Shown: piece after piece, positions 48,457 to 57,416 of the stretch | Position numbering within the stretch: the stretch's first letter is position 1 | How the letters are laid out: each line of letters opens with the position of its first letter | NCBI GenBank assembly: GCA_039799905.1 | Contig: JBDLRP010000020.1 | Location: forward strand, 1 to 64,000 | Direction of reading: 5' to 3' | DNA length: 64,000 bases | From: Pseudomonadota bacterium | Lineage (GTDB): Bacteria > Bdellovibrionota_B > Oligoflexia > Silvanigrellales > Silvanigrellaceae | The notes under the pieces: model-generated | Told to the model about the DNA's origin: nothing | The model's input: the letters and a program-made list of their open reading frames with translations, nothing else | Database searches by the model: none | Made by a program: the position numbers and the translations under genes

Positions 48457-49582
48457 TCCGCTGAGCATCCGCTCGCTGCAGGTCAAAAATCGCGTTTTCC
48501 TCGCCCCGCTCGCCGGCGTTTCAGACATCCCGTTCCGCCGCGTCTGCCAAGAGCAGGGAGCCGGTCTCACGTATGTGGAAATGCTCTCGTCAACAGCAAT
48601 CCGTTACAAAAATCGCCGGACCTTTGAAATGATGGCCCGTCACGCATCCGAGACGGTGCTCGGTGTTCAGGTGACGGGTCCAAATGCTGAAGACGTCGCC
48701 ACAGCGATTGAAATTCTCGACTCCTGCGGTTTCGACACCATCGACATCAACATGGGCTGTCCAGTAAAAAAGGTCACCGGTGCAGGCTGCGGCAGTGCCA
48801 TCCTTAAGGACCCTGCCCGTGTCCAGAAGACCGTCGAGCTCGCACGTGCGGCCACGGGCAAACCGCTCAGTGCAAAAATCCGTCTTGGCTACACGCGCGA
48901 CGCGGTCAACGTAAACGATACAACCACACGCATTGCGTTGTCGGCAGCGGACATGGTGACCATTCACGGCAGAACGCGCTCGGAATCATATTCAACCGCC
49001 GTTGACTGCGCGGGCATTCGCAGTGGAGTTCAGTCAGCAATTTCAGCCGCCCTGCTCGCTGAACGCGAAGCTCCGGTGACTGTCGGCAACGGAGACATCT
49101 TCGACTTTGCCTCGGCACAGCAGATGCTGCGCGAAACCGGCTGCGACGCCGTCATGGTGAGCCGCGGCGCGCTCGGAAATCCATGGATATTCCGAGAAAT
49201 ACTTGACGAGAAGCCCTATCATCCGAGCTTCGCAGAGTGGCTGGATGTCGTGATGGATCATATTGACTACCATCAGGAACACTATGGAAATACCACCACT
49301 GCGGCTGTCCTGATGCGCAAACATCTGCTCTGGTACGCGAAGGGATTCCCCGCAATCAAGGGACTGCGCGACTTCCTCAACCGGGTTGACACGCTCGACT
49401 CTGCGCGCGAGATTCTCAGGAATTTCGCAGCAACCATTCCCGCGGCAACGCCGCGCTTTATTTGGTGCGAAAGTGAATCAGCAGGGCAAAAGCACATGTA
49501 CGACCCGAAATATGAAATGGACCGCCAGCTGGATCGCGGCGTCGGCAACGAAGGACTCACACAAATCGAAGAAGGAATTTGA
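48413..49582 (+). CDS. dusB: tRNA-dihydrouridine synthase (DusB type)
   Basis: LAPLAGVSD.PFR, IDINMGCP, KIRLG, IHGRTR, GNGDI, RGALGNPWIF, MRKHL.WY.KG. Confidence 0.93.
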   Translation: MMNFEDNPFLRRFSDPLSIRSLQVKNRVFLAPLAGVSDIPFRRVCQEQGAGLTYVEMLSSTAIRYKNRRTFEMMARHASETVLGVQVTGPNAEDVATAIEILDSCGFDTIDINMGCPVKKVTGAGCGSAILKDPARVQKTVELARAATGKPLSAKIRLGYTRDAVNVNDTTTRIALSAADMVTIHGRTRSESYSTAVDCAGIRSGVQSAISAALLAEREAPVTVGNGDIFDFASAQQMLRETGCDAVMVSRGALGNPWIFREILDEKPYHPSFAEWLDVVMDHIDYHQEHYGNTTTAAVLMRKHLLWYAKGFPAIKGLRDFLNRVDTLDSAREILRNFAATIPAATPRFIWCESESAGQKHMYDPKYEMDRQLDRGVGNEGLTQIEEGI

Positions 49583-49584
49583 AC

Positions 49585-50259
49585 ATGAACGACCACAATA
49601 AACATTCACACAACCAGCATGGCCACGAGCACTCACACCATGATTGCTGCGGGCATGAGAAGCACACACACGCTGAGCAGCACGATCACAGCCACCACCA
49701 CACCGGTGGCACTGACGCGCACAAACACGGACACGACTGCAGCGACCATGAACATGACCACAAACATGAGCATAATCACGCCCACCAGCACGACCATGCA
49801 CACCACCACGGTCATGATTGCTGCGATCACGACCATGCACACGGTCATCATCATCTGAGTTCCGAAGAATGCTCATCGCTTTTCAGTCAGGCTCAGGAAA
49901 GTGACGATCCGACAGAGGCGCTCGACCTTCTGCTGATTGCAGGCGAAGGCTTTGCGCATCTTGGTGATGCTGTGGGAACTGCCGCAGTCAACGGACTCCT
50001 TGCAAAAAAAATCCCGACCCTGCAGCCATTGTCCAAGCTAAAGACAGCGCAAGTCGCAGCACTCAAAGCGCTTGAACTCGCGCTCAACAAGGAATCAGAA
50101 AAAGCCAAGTCCGCACTGACCCAGAGTGTCAGCGATCTGGAGGACTTCAGCGGCGAAGATCGCGAAGAAGTTGAACCGCTTCTCGCAGACGTGCGCAAGC
50201 AGCTGGCAGGCATCAGAACAGGCGGCTTGAAGTCGCTGCTGAGTAAATTTAAATTCTGA
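49585..50259 (+). CDS. Protein with a His/Cys-rich N-terminus and a helical C-terminal domain
   Basis: About 38 His plus CC pairs in the first ~90 aa (hand count); AAGGA RBS; abuts dusB. Confidence 0.8.
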   Translation: MNDHNKHSHNQHGHEHSHHDCCGHEKHTHAEQHDHSHHHTGGTDAHKHGHDCSDHEHDHKHEHNHAHQHDHAHHHGHDCCDHDHAHGHHHLSSEECSSLFSQAQESDDPTEALDLLLIAGEGFAHLGDAVGTAAVNGLLAKKIPTLQPLSKLKTAQVAALKALELALNKESEKAKSALTQSVSDLEDFSGEDREEVEPLLADVRKQLAGIRTGGLKSLLSKFKF

Positions 50260-50264
50260 ATCTC

Positions 50265-50286
50265 CAGACAGAGCCCCCTCTGTCTG
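50265..50286 (+). other. Perfect 9-bp hairpin upstream of the sbtA-like gene
   Basis: CAGACAGAG-CCCC-CTCTGTCTG. Confidence 0.55.
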
Positions 50287-50320
50287 CAGCAGGCAAAGTT
50301 GAAATAAGGAGTTTTTCAAC

Positions 50321-51310
50321 GTGACAGCCGATTTGTGGCCGGTTCTTCAATCGAACCTCTTTTCGCCGGTCGTCCTCTGCTTTTTTCTGGGTTGTCTTGC
50401 AACGTTTGTAAAAAGCGATCTGCGCATTCCTGAACCCATTTATTCCATTTTGACCATTTACCTCCTCTTTGCACTTGGCCTGAAGGGTGGCGTGGAGTTG
50501 TCGAACTCCTCGCTGGGTGAAATCTGGAAACCCAGCTTGGCGACGCTGGTGATTGGTTCAATCACTCCACTGATTGCATACGCTGTGGCCCGTTTTATTG
50601 GCCGCTTGAGCGTCGAAGACTCCGCCGCACTGGGAGCTCACTACGGTTCAGTTTCAGTTGTAACCTTCATCGCGATTCAATCGTTTTTACGGACATTGGA
50701 AATCGGCTTCGAGGGATTCCTCTCGGTACAAGTTGTTCTTCTTGAGGTACCGGCAATTTTCATAAGCCTGCTGCTCGCGCAACTGGCCAAAAATCAAAAT
50801 TCGGACTGGACCTCGATCCGTGGTGCGATGCACGAAATTTTATCAGGTCGCAGCATTCTTCTGCTGCTCGGCGGGCTGATGATTGGTGCTCTCAGCGGGC
50901 CCTCCGGCTACGCGCGCGTGGAGCCCTTCTTCGGTGGACCCTTTCAAGGTGTTGTCGCGCTCTTTTTGCTCGAGATGGGCATTGTCGCATCGCGTAGATT
51001 TCGTGATCTAAAGAGTGTGGGCGGCTTTGTCATCCTGTTTGGAACTCTCATCCCGATTTTGAATTCACTGATTGGAATACTTCTTGGACACTGGGCGGGC
51101 CTCAGTTTGGGCGGCACTGTCATTATGGGCGTTCTGGCGGCAAGCGCCTCCTACATCGCCGCGCCGGCAGCCGTGCGTTTGGCGTTGCCGGAGGCAAACC
51201 CGGGCATCTACCTGACCTCCGCCCTGACAATCACTTTCCCGTTCAATCTCGTTGTCGGAATTCCGCTCTACTTTAAGTTTGCACAGATGCTGAAGGAGGT
51301 TCTGCAATGA
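50321..51310 (+). CDS. sbtA: Sodium-dependent bicarbonate transport family permease (SbtA-like, DUF897)
   Basis: KSDL.IP, IYLLFALGLKGG, AHYGSVSVVTF, LFLLEMG, ASASYIAAPAA.R.A.PEANP, L.ITFPFN. Confidence 0.93.
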   Translation: MTADLWPVLQSNLFSPVVLCFFLGCLATFVKSDLRIPEPIYSILTIYLLFALGLKGGVELSNSSLGEIWKPSLATLVIGSITPLIAYAVARFIGRLSVEDSAALGAHYGSVSVVTFIAIQSFLRTLEIGFEGFLSVQVVLLEVPAIFISLLLAQLAKNQNSDWTSIRGAMHEILSGRSILLLLGGLMIGALSGPSGYARVEPFFGGPFQGVVALFLLEMGIVASRRFRDLKSVGGFVILFGTLIPILNSLIGILLGHWAGLSLGGTVIMGVLAASASYIAAPAAVRLALPEANPGIYLTSALTITFPFNLVVGIPLYFKFAQMLKEVLQ

Positions 51311-51618
51311 ATCCGACGCTGACTCCCATGAAACTTGTCTCCATGACATGCGAGCATTCTGTTGCCCAGCGGGCGCTCGCCCTTCTGCACAAGCTCGGCG
51401 TCAAGAGTGTCAGAACAAGCTCCATCCGGCTTGAAGAATTCAACCACGGTGCGAGCGTCGACCTGCATGAATCGCAGGTCAAACTTGAATTTTTAATCTA
51501 TCCTGAAAAGGTCGAAGGGCTGATTGCCGAACTTTCCAAACAATTTTTGTCAAGATTTGATGTCGGTTTTTATGTCACCGACGCAGCCGTTTTGCGGCCG
51601 GAAATCTTCTGCGGATGA
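51307..51618 (+). CDS. sbtB: PII-like SbtB-type regulator (degenerate)
   Basis: KLV....E, VKLE, YV.D..VLRP..F PII-like pattern; ATGA overlap with the sbtA-like gene. Confidence 0.75.
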   Translation: MNPTLTPMKLVSMTCEHSVAQRALALLHKLGVKSVRTSSIRLEEFNHGASVDLHESQVKLEFLIYPEKVEGLIAELSKQFLSRFDVGFYVTDAAVLRPEIFCG

Positions 51619-51698
51619 TATTCCGGTGAAACTATGGGATGCTGGCGGACAAACAAGTCCATCCACCGGCATAAAGACTTCTTCACGGGGTGCATCCC

Positions 51699-52394
51699 AT
51701 GATTCGCAAAACTGTCATCATCACAAGCATGACGGCTTTTCTAATGTCCGGCTGCAACCTTTGGAAACAAACCGACGCGCAAGCGCAGATCGCCGCCAGT
51801 TCCGCATTCGACTGGGGACAGTACATCATGAGCGTCATACCGGTGAATATTTCGCCGGAAGCATCGGCGGATGCCGATCCGCACATCTGCGTGTACGAGG
51901 TCAACTGGGATCACAGCTGGACCGACAATCCGAAAATGTGGCACGCCATCTACGCCCGCCACATCAATGCGCTGTCGTTCGATAATTCATACGTCAAAAA
52001 CCAAGCTGAAAAAGGATCTGGATTCCCCCAATTGCTGAAGTCCGTCATCACCTACTTTCACGTCGCCTGCGGGGCCAGCGGGCTCAATCAACTGTGCGCA
52101 AAACCTGGCAAAAACGAAAACGGGATGATCAGCGAGGTCAGCGAGCTTCTCGACGAGGCCTACGAGAAAGAAAGAAACAAACGCAAAGCCAAATTAGCGC
52201 TCGCCACCGACGCAGCAGACATTCAGGTGCAAAGATCGGCAGACTACCTTTTGCTGATCAACAGAATTAAACAACTCCCCGCCAATACAAAAACCGGAAA
52301 ATCATGTCTCGAACATCCGTTCAGTGCTGAAAAAGAGATTGCTCGCATGCGCGAGATCAGCCGACATTTCAGGCCACGCACAAAACCAAAATGA
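51699..52394 (+). CDS. Hypothetical lipoprotein
   Basis: Lipobox LMSGC; ATGA overlap with the downstream gene. Confidence 0.7.
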   Translation: MIRKTVIITSMTAFLMSGCNLWKQTDAQAQIAASSAFDWGQYIMSVIPVNISPEASADADPHICVYEVNWDHSWTDNPKMWHAIYARHINALSFDNSYVKNQAEKGSGFPQLLKSVITYFHVACGASGLNQLCAKPGKNENGMISEVSELLDEAYEKERNKRKAKLALATDAADIQVQRSADYLLLINRIKQLPANTKTGKSCLEHPFSAEKEIARMREISRHFRPRTKPK

Positions 52395-54283
52395 ATTTTT
52401 CGCAACGCGCGAGTATTTTCTTTTCAAGGAGAATGTGGATGTCTCTCACACACGCCATACACATGACAATTTTTCTATCTCTGCTGCAGATCACCTCGGG
52501 ATGCCAAAAGCGCAAGTACAACAGTGGAATCAAAGAGGCGATGGGAGACTTCAACTCACCCGAGAGCCTAGGACTCTCGAACGATGCGATGAACTGGCAA
52601 CAAATCAAATCCCAGACAAAAGGCGAGCGCGCGCAGGCATGGTCCGACACATGGTGGCCGCATACTGCCAAGGGAATCGCCGACAGATACATTCTCCGCA
52701 AAGCAAAGAAGAACAGTGAAAATCTAAACGGCAGAAATATTTTACTTGGCAACTTCGTTGAACAGTACCGCCGCACAGTTGAGAAAAACGATGCAAAAGA
52801 AATGGCTTTGCTTTCTCCAGCTGAAAAATATGATTACCTGACCACTGCAAAGCCCCTGCCAGCTGACTTGAGCAAAAAGCTATCGGCTCATGCACAGAAA
52901 TACACAGCATCAAATGCTGAGAAAGTGCTTCTCAGTCTTGAAGACAAACTCGAACGCCTTGGCGAGTACGACGACACCTACAAAGCCCTCAATCAGGAGT
53001 ATGCGAAAGAGGCGAATGCCAACGCCGCAAATTTCAGGCCACTGCTGAGCGAAGGAACCGAGATCAACACCTCACTGAAGACCTATATGCCGGTGACCGC
53101 ACACGACTGGGGTTTGTGGCTCGATACTTTTTCTTGGGCACACGACGAAGAATGGGCATGGATGGGAATTTGTAATGGCTGGTCGCCGGCGGCGCTGCGC
53201 GAGGAAAAACCACGTCATGCGGTCATGGTTACCCGCGGCAAGCGCAAAGTCCTGCTGACCGAGGGAGACATCCGCGGGCTGCTCAGCTGGGTGTGGGGCT
53301 GGCAATTTCCGAGCCAGACACTTGGTGCCGGAATCCGCTGCGATGCGAATCAGTCAAAGACCATCGTCAAGGACAAGCGGATCATCGACGGCCGACTCTG
53401 CGAGGGCAATGGCTCACGCGTCGGCCGATGCGTCGCGGCAAACACTATCTACATAGGTGCGGACAACCCCTTCGCGAGCATTCCCAATCGGGTTGTGCGT
53501 TTCGGCTTTGATCCCGCAAACAGAGACACGCACGAGGCAGTCCTCAAAGCGCAACTCGGCAATGCCTATTATGAAGCAGAGGTCAAAGATCTCAGTAGTG
53601 GCCAGAAAAAGAAGCTGCTCATTCAGCTAACGCAGGCCTGCCGTGACATGAACGCTGGATTGTTTCATGCGGCGCTTGTTGATCTGGTGGCCCGCCGCAA
53701 GACAGGATTCGTCGTCGATGCGGACCGCTACACACAAGTCTGGAATCAACCTGTCTATGCCTACGAAATGACTTATCTGCCCATCCTCAGGCGCGACGGC
53801 TCCACTGCAGCCGCCGGTGAACCAGTCGCAGTCGGCGAAATCAAAAATGACCCCTACTCAGCGTTCCGCTCGGCTCAGGCCAGCAAGATAGTGCAGGTCC
53901 GCACAAAGGTAATTTATGCTGCCGAAAACGGCCCGTTCGTCACATACGGCAACGACGGTAAAAAAGAGATTCATGAAGAGATGCTCGTCGATTACACGAT
54001 AGAAATCGATCAAAACGGAAAAATCGTCGGCGGCGAGTGGGGACTTCTGCCCGACACTCCGTTGGTCAGGCCACTGCGCGCGAGCAATGCCAGCGCACCC
54101 GTGGCGCCGGACTTCATCTGGAATTACCCCGACGAATCAACACCAACTGACGGACTGATCAATTACAAAACGCTAAAGCAGATTCATGATTGCTCAATCC
54201 GTAAACCAGCAACTGGCCGATTTGATCTGTCGCCCTACGTGAGCGAGCCGATACCATACGCAGAATGTGTGTTGACGGAATAA
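52391..54283 (+). CDS. Transglutaminase-elicitor (oomycete GP42-like) family lipoprotein
   Basis: WSDTWWP...GI, LSPAEKYD, WMGICNGWSPAA, GDIRGL, DMNAG.FH, FVVD, QVWNQPV, Y.IEID..G.IVGGEW, PDFIW; lipobox ITSGC; start uncertain. Confidence 0.85.
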   Translation: MNFSQRASIFFSRRMWMSLTHAIHMTIFLSLLQITSGCQKRKYNSGIKEAMGDFNSPESLGLSNDAMNWQQIKSQTKGERAQAWSDTWWPHTAKGIADRYILRKAKKNSENLNGRNILLGNFVEQYRRTVEKNDAKEMALLSPAEKYDYLTTAKPLPADLSKKLSAHAQKYTASNAEKVLLSLEDKLERLGEYDDTYKALNQEYAKEANANAANFRPLLSEGTEINTSLKTYMPVTAHDWGLWLDTFSWAHDEEWAWMGICNGWSPAALREEKPRHAVMVTRGKRKVLLTEGDIRGLLSWVWGWQFPSQTLGAGIRCDANQSKTIVKDKRIIDGRLCEGNGSRVGRCVAANTIYIGADNPFASIPNRVVRFGFDPANRDTHEAVLKAQLGNAYYEAEVKDLSSGQKKKLLIQLTQACRDMNAGLFHAALVDLVARRKTGFVVDADRYTQVWNQPVYAYEMTYLPILRRDGSTAAAGEPVAVGEIKNDPYSAFRSAQASKIVQVRTKVIYAAENGPFVTYGNDGKKEIHEEMLVDYTIEIDQNGKIVGGEWGLLPDTPLVRPLRASNASAPVAPDFIWNYPDESTPTDGLINYKTLKQIHDCSIRKPATGRFDLSPYVSEPIPYAECVLTE

Positions 54284-54354
54284 TGCCTTCTGCTCGCAGT
54301 TTTCATGACGCAACGCCTGCTCACGGAAGCTTCGCACAAAATCGTGCGGGAAAA

Positions 54355-55248
54355 TTATTTCCCGCTAATCTCGACTTTCTTTCCGGCTTCTATCTTGGTG
54401 CTTGGCAGATCAACAACCCTGGTGTCTCGGGTGATATTTACAACCTGATACTCTCCTGCACGCAGTGCGGCTATGACTGCCAAGCCCTGCTTTGAGACGA
54501 TCTGCGACTTGTAACCCTGCCCCGTGCACGCATCGGCTGTCGGTTCCGGCCTTGCCACACCTGAAAAAACACAGACAAGTGAATCTGCCTCGAGATCCCT
54601 GAATGCGACTGACCCGGCGTCATCAACGGGCAGGAACGAGTGCTTTTGCTGTATTACGAAAGTGACATCCTGTGGAAGGTTCAGAGCCAAACGCTGCTCA
54701 CTGGTGACAGGTTTGAGAGTTTTTCTGAGTTCGATATCCACCAAGATGTCTTTGGCTGAGCCCGACTTGCTCAATCCGTCGAAAACGAGGGAGCGTGTGA
54801 GTTCTCCCTTGTCATTCAAAACAACCGCTTTGACGGGCTGAGATTGCGAGCCGAGCAACAGCTGCAAATATGCAGCCTTCTCATTCAGAGTGACTTCAAC
54901 CCTCTGCACCTGCAAATTTTCATCGACCACGTCATCGAGCGTGAAGGCGACAAAGGTGTCTTCGTACGAGGGGTTACTGGAACTGAGCAAAATCACATTT
55001 TGTTGCTGATAAGACTTTTCAAAGGTTTTGCTGCCCTGAACAACGCTGACTGAATCAATCGCGGCGGAAACCGCGCCCACGTTAGTGTATGATGTCGGCG
55101 AGACGTAGATGCGAAACGGTTTGCCCCCCTTGGAATCGGGATTTCCTGCTTCAACCCCACACCCCCCGACTGTCATGACAGCCAGAGCAAGAGCGAATGG
55201 ACGCAGGGGTTCTGTCCAAAACCAGGTCTTCGTCATCGTATTCCTCAT
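54355..55248 (-). CDS. Hypothetical lipoprotein (C-G-x-E-x-GNP N-terminus, DUF4382-like beta domain)
   Basis: Lipobox VGGC then GVEAGNP; start overlaps the stop of the TIGR02147-family gene. Confidence 0.7.
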   Translation of the reverse strand: MRNTMTKTWFWTEPLRPFALALAVMTVGGCGVEAGNPDSKGGKPFRIYVSPTSYTNVGAVSAAIDSVSVVQGSKTFEKSYQQQNVILLSSSNPSYEDTFVAFTLDDVVDENLQVQRVEVTLNEKAAYLQLLLGSQSQPVKAVVLNDKGELTRSLVFDGLSKSGSAKDILVDIELRKTLKPVTSEQRLALNLPQDVTFVIQQKHSFLPVDDAGSVAFRDLEADSLVCVFSGVARPEPTADACTGQGYKSQIVSKQGLAVIAALRAGEYQVVNITRDTRVVDLPSTKIEAGKKVEISGK

Positions 55249-56102
55249 TTGCTCAACGGAAAAAGTTGGATGTTGACTTGCATAACCTTGCCATCTCCCT
55301 CGGCTTGCGACGACAAAGACAGCAGATGTTTCCTGAGTTGCTCAATTTCCTTTTTTATTGACTCAATCTGGTCGGGGTTTACGGAAATTGTCACCGACGA
55401 GACATCCCGCTCCGCGGGCGGACTCGTAATGAGTGAATCTTTGGCGAGATTCAACATTTCTTGGTGATAACGCACAATCGCAAGTCCCGGAACCGCACTG
55501 CCCAGACTGAAATCCTTCTTAACCTTAATGTATTTTATCTCTTCGGAACCGTCCTCTTTGCGTGCCTCAACAAGTCCGAGACTCTCAAGAAAAACGAGAC
55601 TTTTTTCGACTGCTGATTCCTTCACATCCGGCATAATCGTCCGGTAAACCTGCGCGAATGTCTGAGGTTCGAGCATGGACAGCACCTCAAACACGACAGC
55701 ATGGACCCATGAATTGAAGAATTCGAGTGCTCTGTTGTTGTTGCTGGATTCGCTGTGGCGCGCGCGGAGCTCAAGAAGAAGTGCAAGCAGACGATCGCGT
55801 TCCTCGCTCGTATCCGCATGCTGAATTTTTACCAGTGAAAGGAAATAGGTTTTTTCAACACGCGAAAACTTCAGCATTTCGGCAATTCTCTCACCCGCCT
55901 TTTCCGACATCTTGCGATGGCCGGAGTGCACCTGAGCCATTGTGTTGTTGTTGCCGAAGCCCAAGAGTTCTGAAAAATCTGCGATGGAAAAAGATTTCTG
56001 AACAAGACGAATCTCGTCGTAAACAGCCTTGCAGTAGCGTCCGACGTCCGAATACTCGAACAGTTCCACCTTTTTTCGAATTTTTGGAAGAACGATGTCC
56101 AT
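55245..56102 (-). CDS. TIGR02147 family protein (HTH + DUF4423)
   Basis: FEYSD..Y, FS...F...LG, G.RK, E..YF..LV, FF.SW.H, YH..ML.LA..SL, ERD.SS.T, KKEI..LRK, VMQVNIQLFPL. Confidence 0.9.
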   Translation of the reverse strand: MDIVLPKIRKKVELFEYSDVGRYCKAVYDEIRLVQKSFSIADFSELLGFGNNNTMAQVHSGHRKMSEKAGERIAEMLKFSRVEKTYFLSLVKIQHADTSEERDRLLALLLELRARHSESSNNNRALEFFNSWVHAVVFEVLSMLEPQTFAQVYRTIMPDVKESAVEKSLVFLESLGLVEARKEDGSEEIKYIKVKKDFSLGSAVPGLAIVRYHQEMLNLAKDSLITSPPAERDVSSVTISVNPDQIESIKKEIEQLRKHLLSLSSQAEGDGKVMQVNIQLFPLSK

Positions 56103-56366
56103 TGAGTGCCTCTTGGGTATCTTATCGCAACTTTACTGTAATACTTTAGATAATAAAATCTGAAAAGATCCAGATAATTGCAAAACAGCAATAACTCGAC
56201 AGCATATTTTTTTTGTAATTTTCATCAAATAAAGCTGAGAGTTACAAATTTTATTCTCATAAAAACACTATCCGATTAAAATAACACAAAAAAACTCTAA
56301 AGTTTGTTACAAAATTTACGATAAGAATCATGGCAGCAGTTGCCAACCCACAGAAAGGACCCCGCA

Positions 56367-57392
56367 ATGAAGATTCGCATGATTGCCCTTCTTCCTTTGT
56401 CACTCGCCCTCGTTCAGCCCTTTTTGACAGCGTGCGGTACTGCAACGAACCAACCAATTATCGAGAAAAAAACAGTGTCATCGGGTGACACCGTGAGCAA
56501 GGTAACAATTGTTCAGAAGCTGCAGGCAGAAAGTCGCTTTTCGATTCTTGTCGCTGCCGTTAAAGCCGCCGGCCTTGTGGAGGTACTCTCCGGAAGCTCG
56601 CAGTTTACAGTGTTTGCACCGTCCAACAAAGCCTTTGAAGCCCTTCCGGCAGGCACGCTCGAAACACTTCTCAAGCCTGAAAACAAGGAACAACTTAAGA
56701 GCATCTTGCTTTATCATGTTGCTGCAGGAAGCTTGAAGGCTGCTGATGTCTTGGCAAAAGACAGCATCGGTACAGCACAGGGTAAACCAGTTTCAGTGGA
56801 TGCCACTAACGCAAAAATCAACTCGTCGAACATCGTCAAGACCGACATTCTGGCCAGCAATGGCGTGATTCACGAGATTGATGCAGTTCTTCTACCTCCG
56901 GCTGAAGAACCAAAAGAGGAAGCTTCCAAAGATGCGCTTCCAGCAGGCAAGTCGCTGACGGCTGTGCTGGCTGCAGAACCACGCTTCTCGACTCTCGTCG
57001 CTGCTGTCACGGCGGCAGGTTTGGCTGAGACACTTTCCGGCTCCTCGAACTTCACAGTGTTTGCTCCGTCAAACAAAGCTTTCGAGGCGCTTCCAGCGGG
57101 CACCGTTGAGTCTTTGTTGAAGCCCGAGAACAAGGAAAAGCTCAAGAGCATCCTGCTGTATCATGTGGCTGCGGGAAGCTTGAAGGCAGCTGATGTTCTT
57201 GCAAAGAGCAGCATTCCGACCGTGCAGGGTATGCCAATCTCGATTAACGCAGCGGGTTTGAAAATCAACGCCTCAGGTATCGTTAAAACCGACATTTTGG
57301 CGAGCAATGGTGTGATTCACGAGATTGATGCAGTTCTTTTGCCCCCCGCTGACGCAGCAAAGCAAATGGCATCTGCCCCACATTGCAAGTGA
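56367..57392 (+). CDS. Lipoprotein with two fasciclin (FAS1) domains
   Basis: Lipobox LTAC; two copies of FTVFAPSNKAF...ILLYHV...DILASNGVIHEIDAVL. Confidence 0.95.
   Translation: MKIRMIALLPLSLALVQPFLTACGTATNQPIIEKKTVSSGDTVSKVTIVQKLQAESRFSILVAAVKAAGLVEVLSGSSQFTVFAPSNKAFEALPAGTLETLLKPENKEQLKSILLYHVAAGSLKAADVLAKDSIGTAQGKPVSVDATNAKINSSNIVKTDILASNGVIHEIDAVLLPPAEEPKEEASKDALPAGKSLTAVLAAEPRFSTLVAAVTAAGLAETLSGSSNFTVFAPSNKAFEALPAGTVESLLKPENKEKLKSILLYHVAAGSLKAADVLAKSSIPTVQGMPISINAAGLKINASGIVKTDILASNGVIHEIDAVLLPPADAAKQMASAPHCK
56535..57350 (+). repeat. Intragenic direct repeat (two FAS1-coding units, 447-bp offset)
   Basis: 56535-56903 and 56982-57350 encode near-identical peptides, with many differences at third codon positions. 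Confidence 0.9.
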
Positions 57393-57416
57393 TTGCTGCG
57401 GAGCGATTTGAGGTGG

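Noticed and set aside
49590..49860. Repetitive CAC/CAT/GAC-rich DNA as a tandem repeat or CRISPR-like array
   Set aside because: Fully explained by His-rich coding sequence; no fixed repeat-spacer periodicity.
56331..56344. TGGCAGCAGTTGCC upstream of the fasciclin gene as a sigma-54 promoter
   Set aside because: GG-to-GC spacing is two bases too short for a -24/-12 element.
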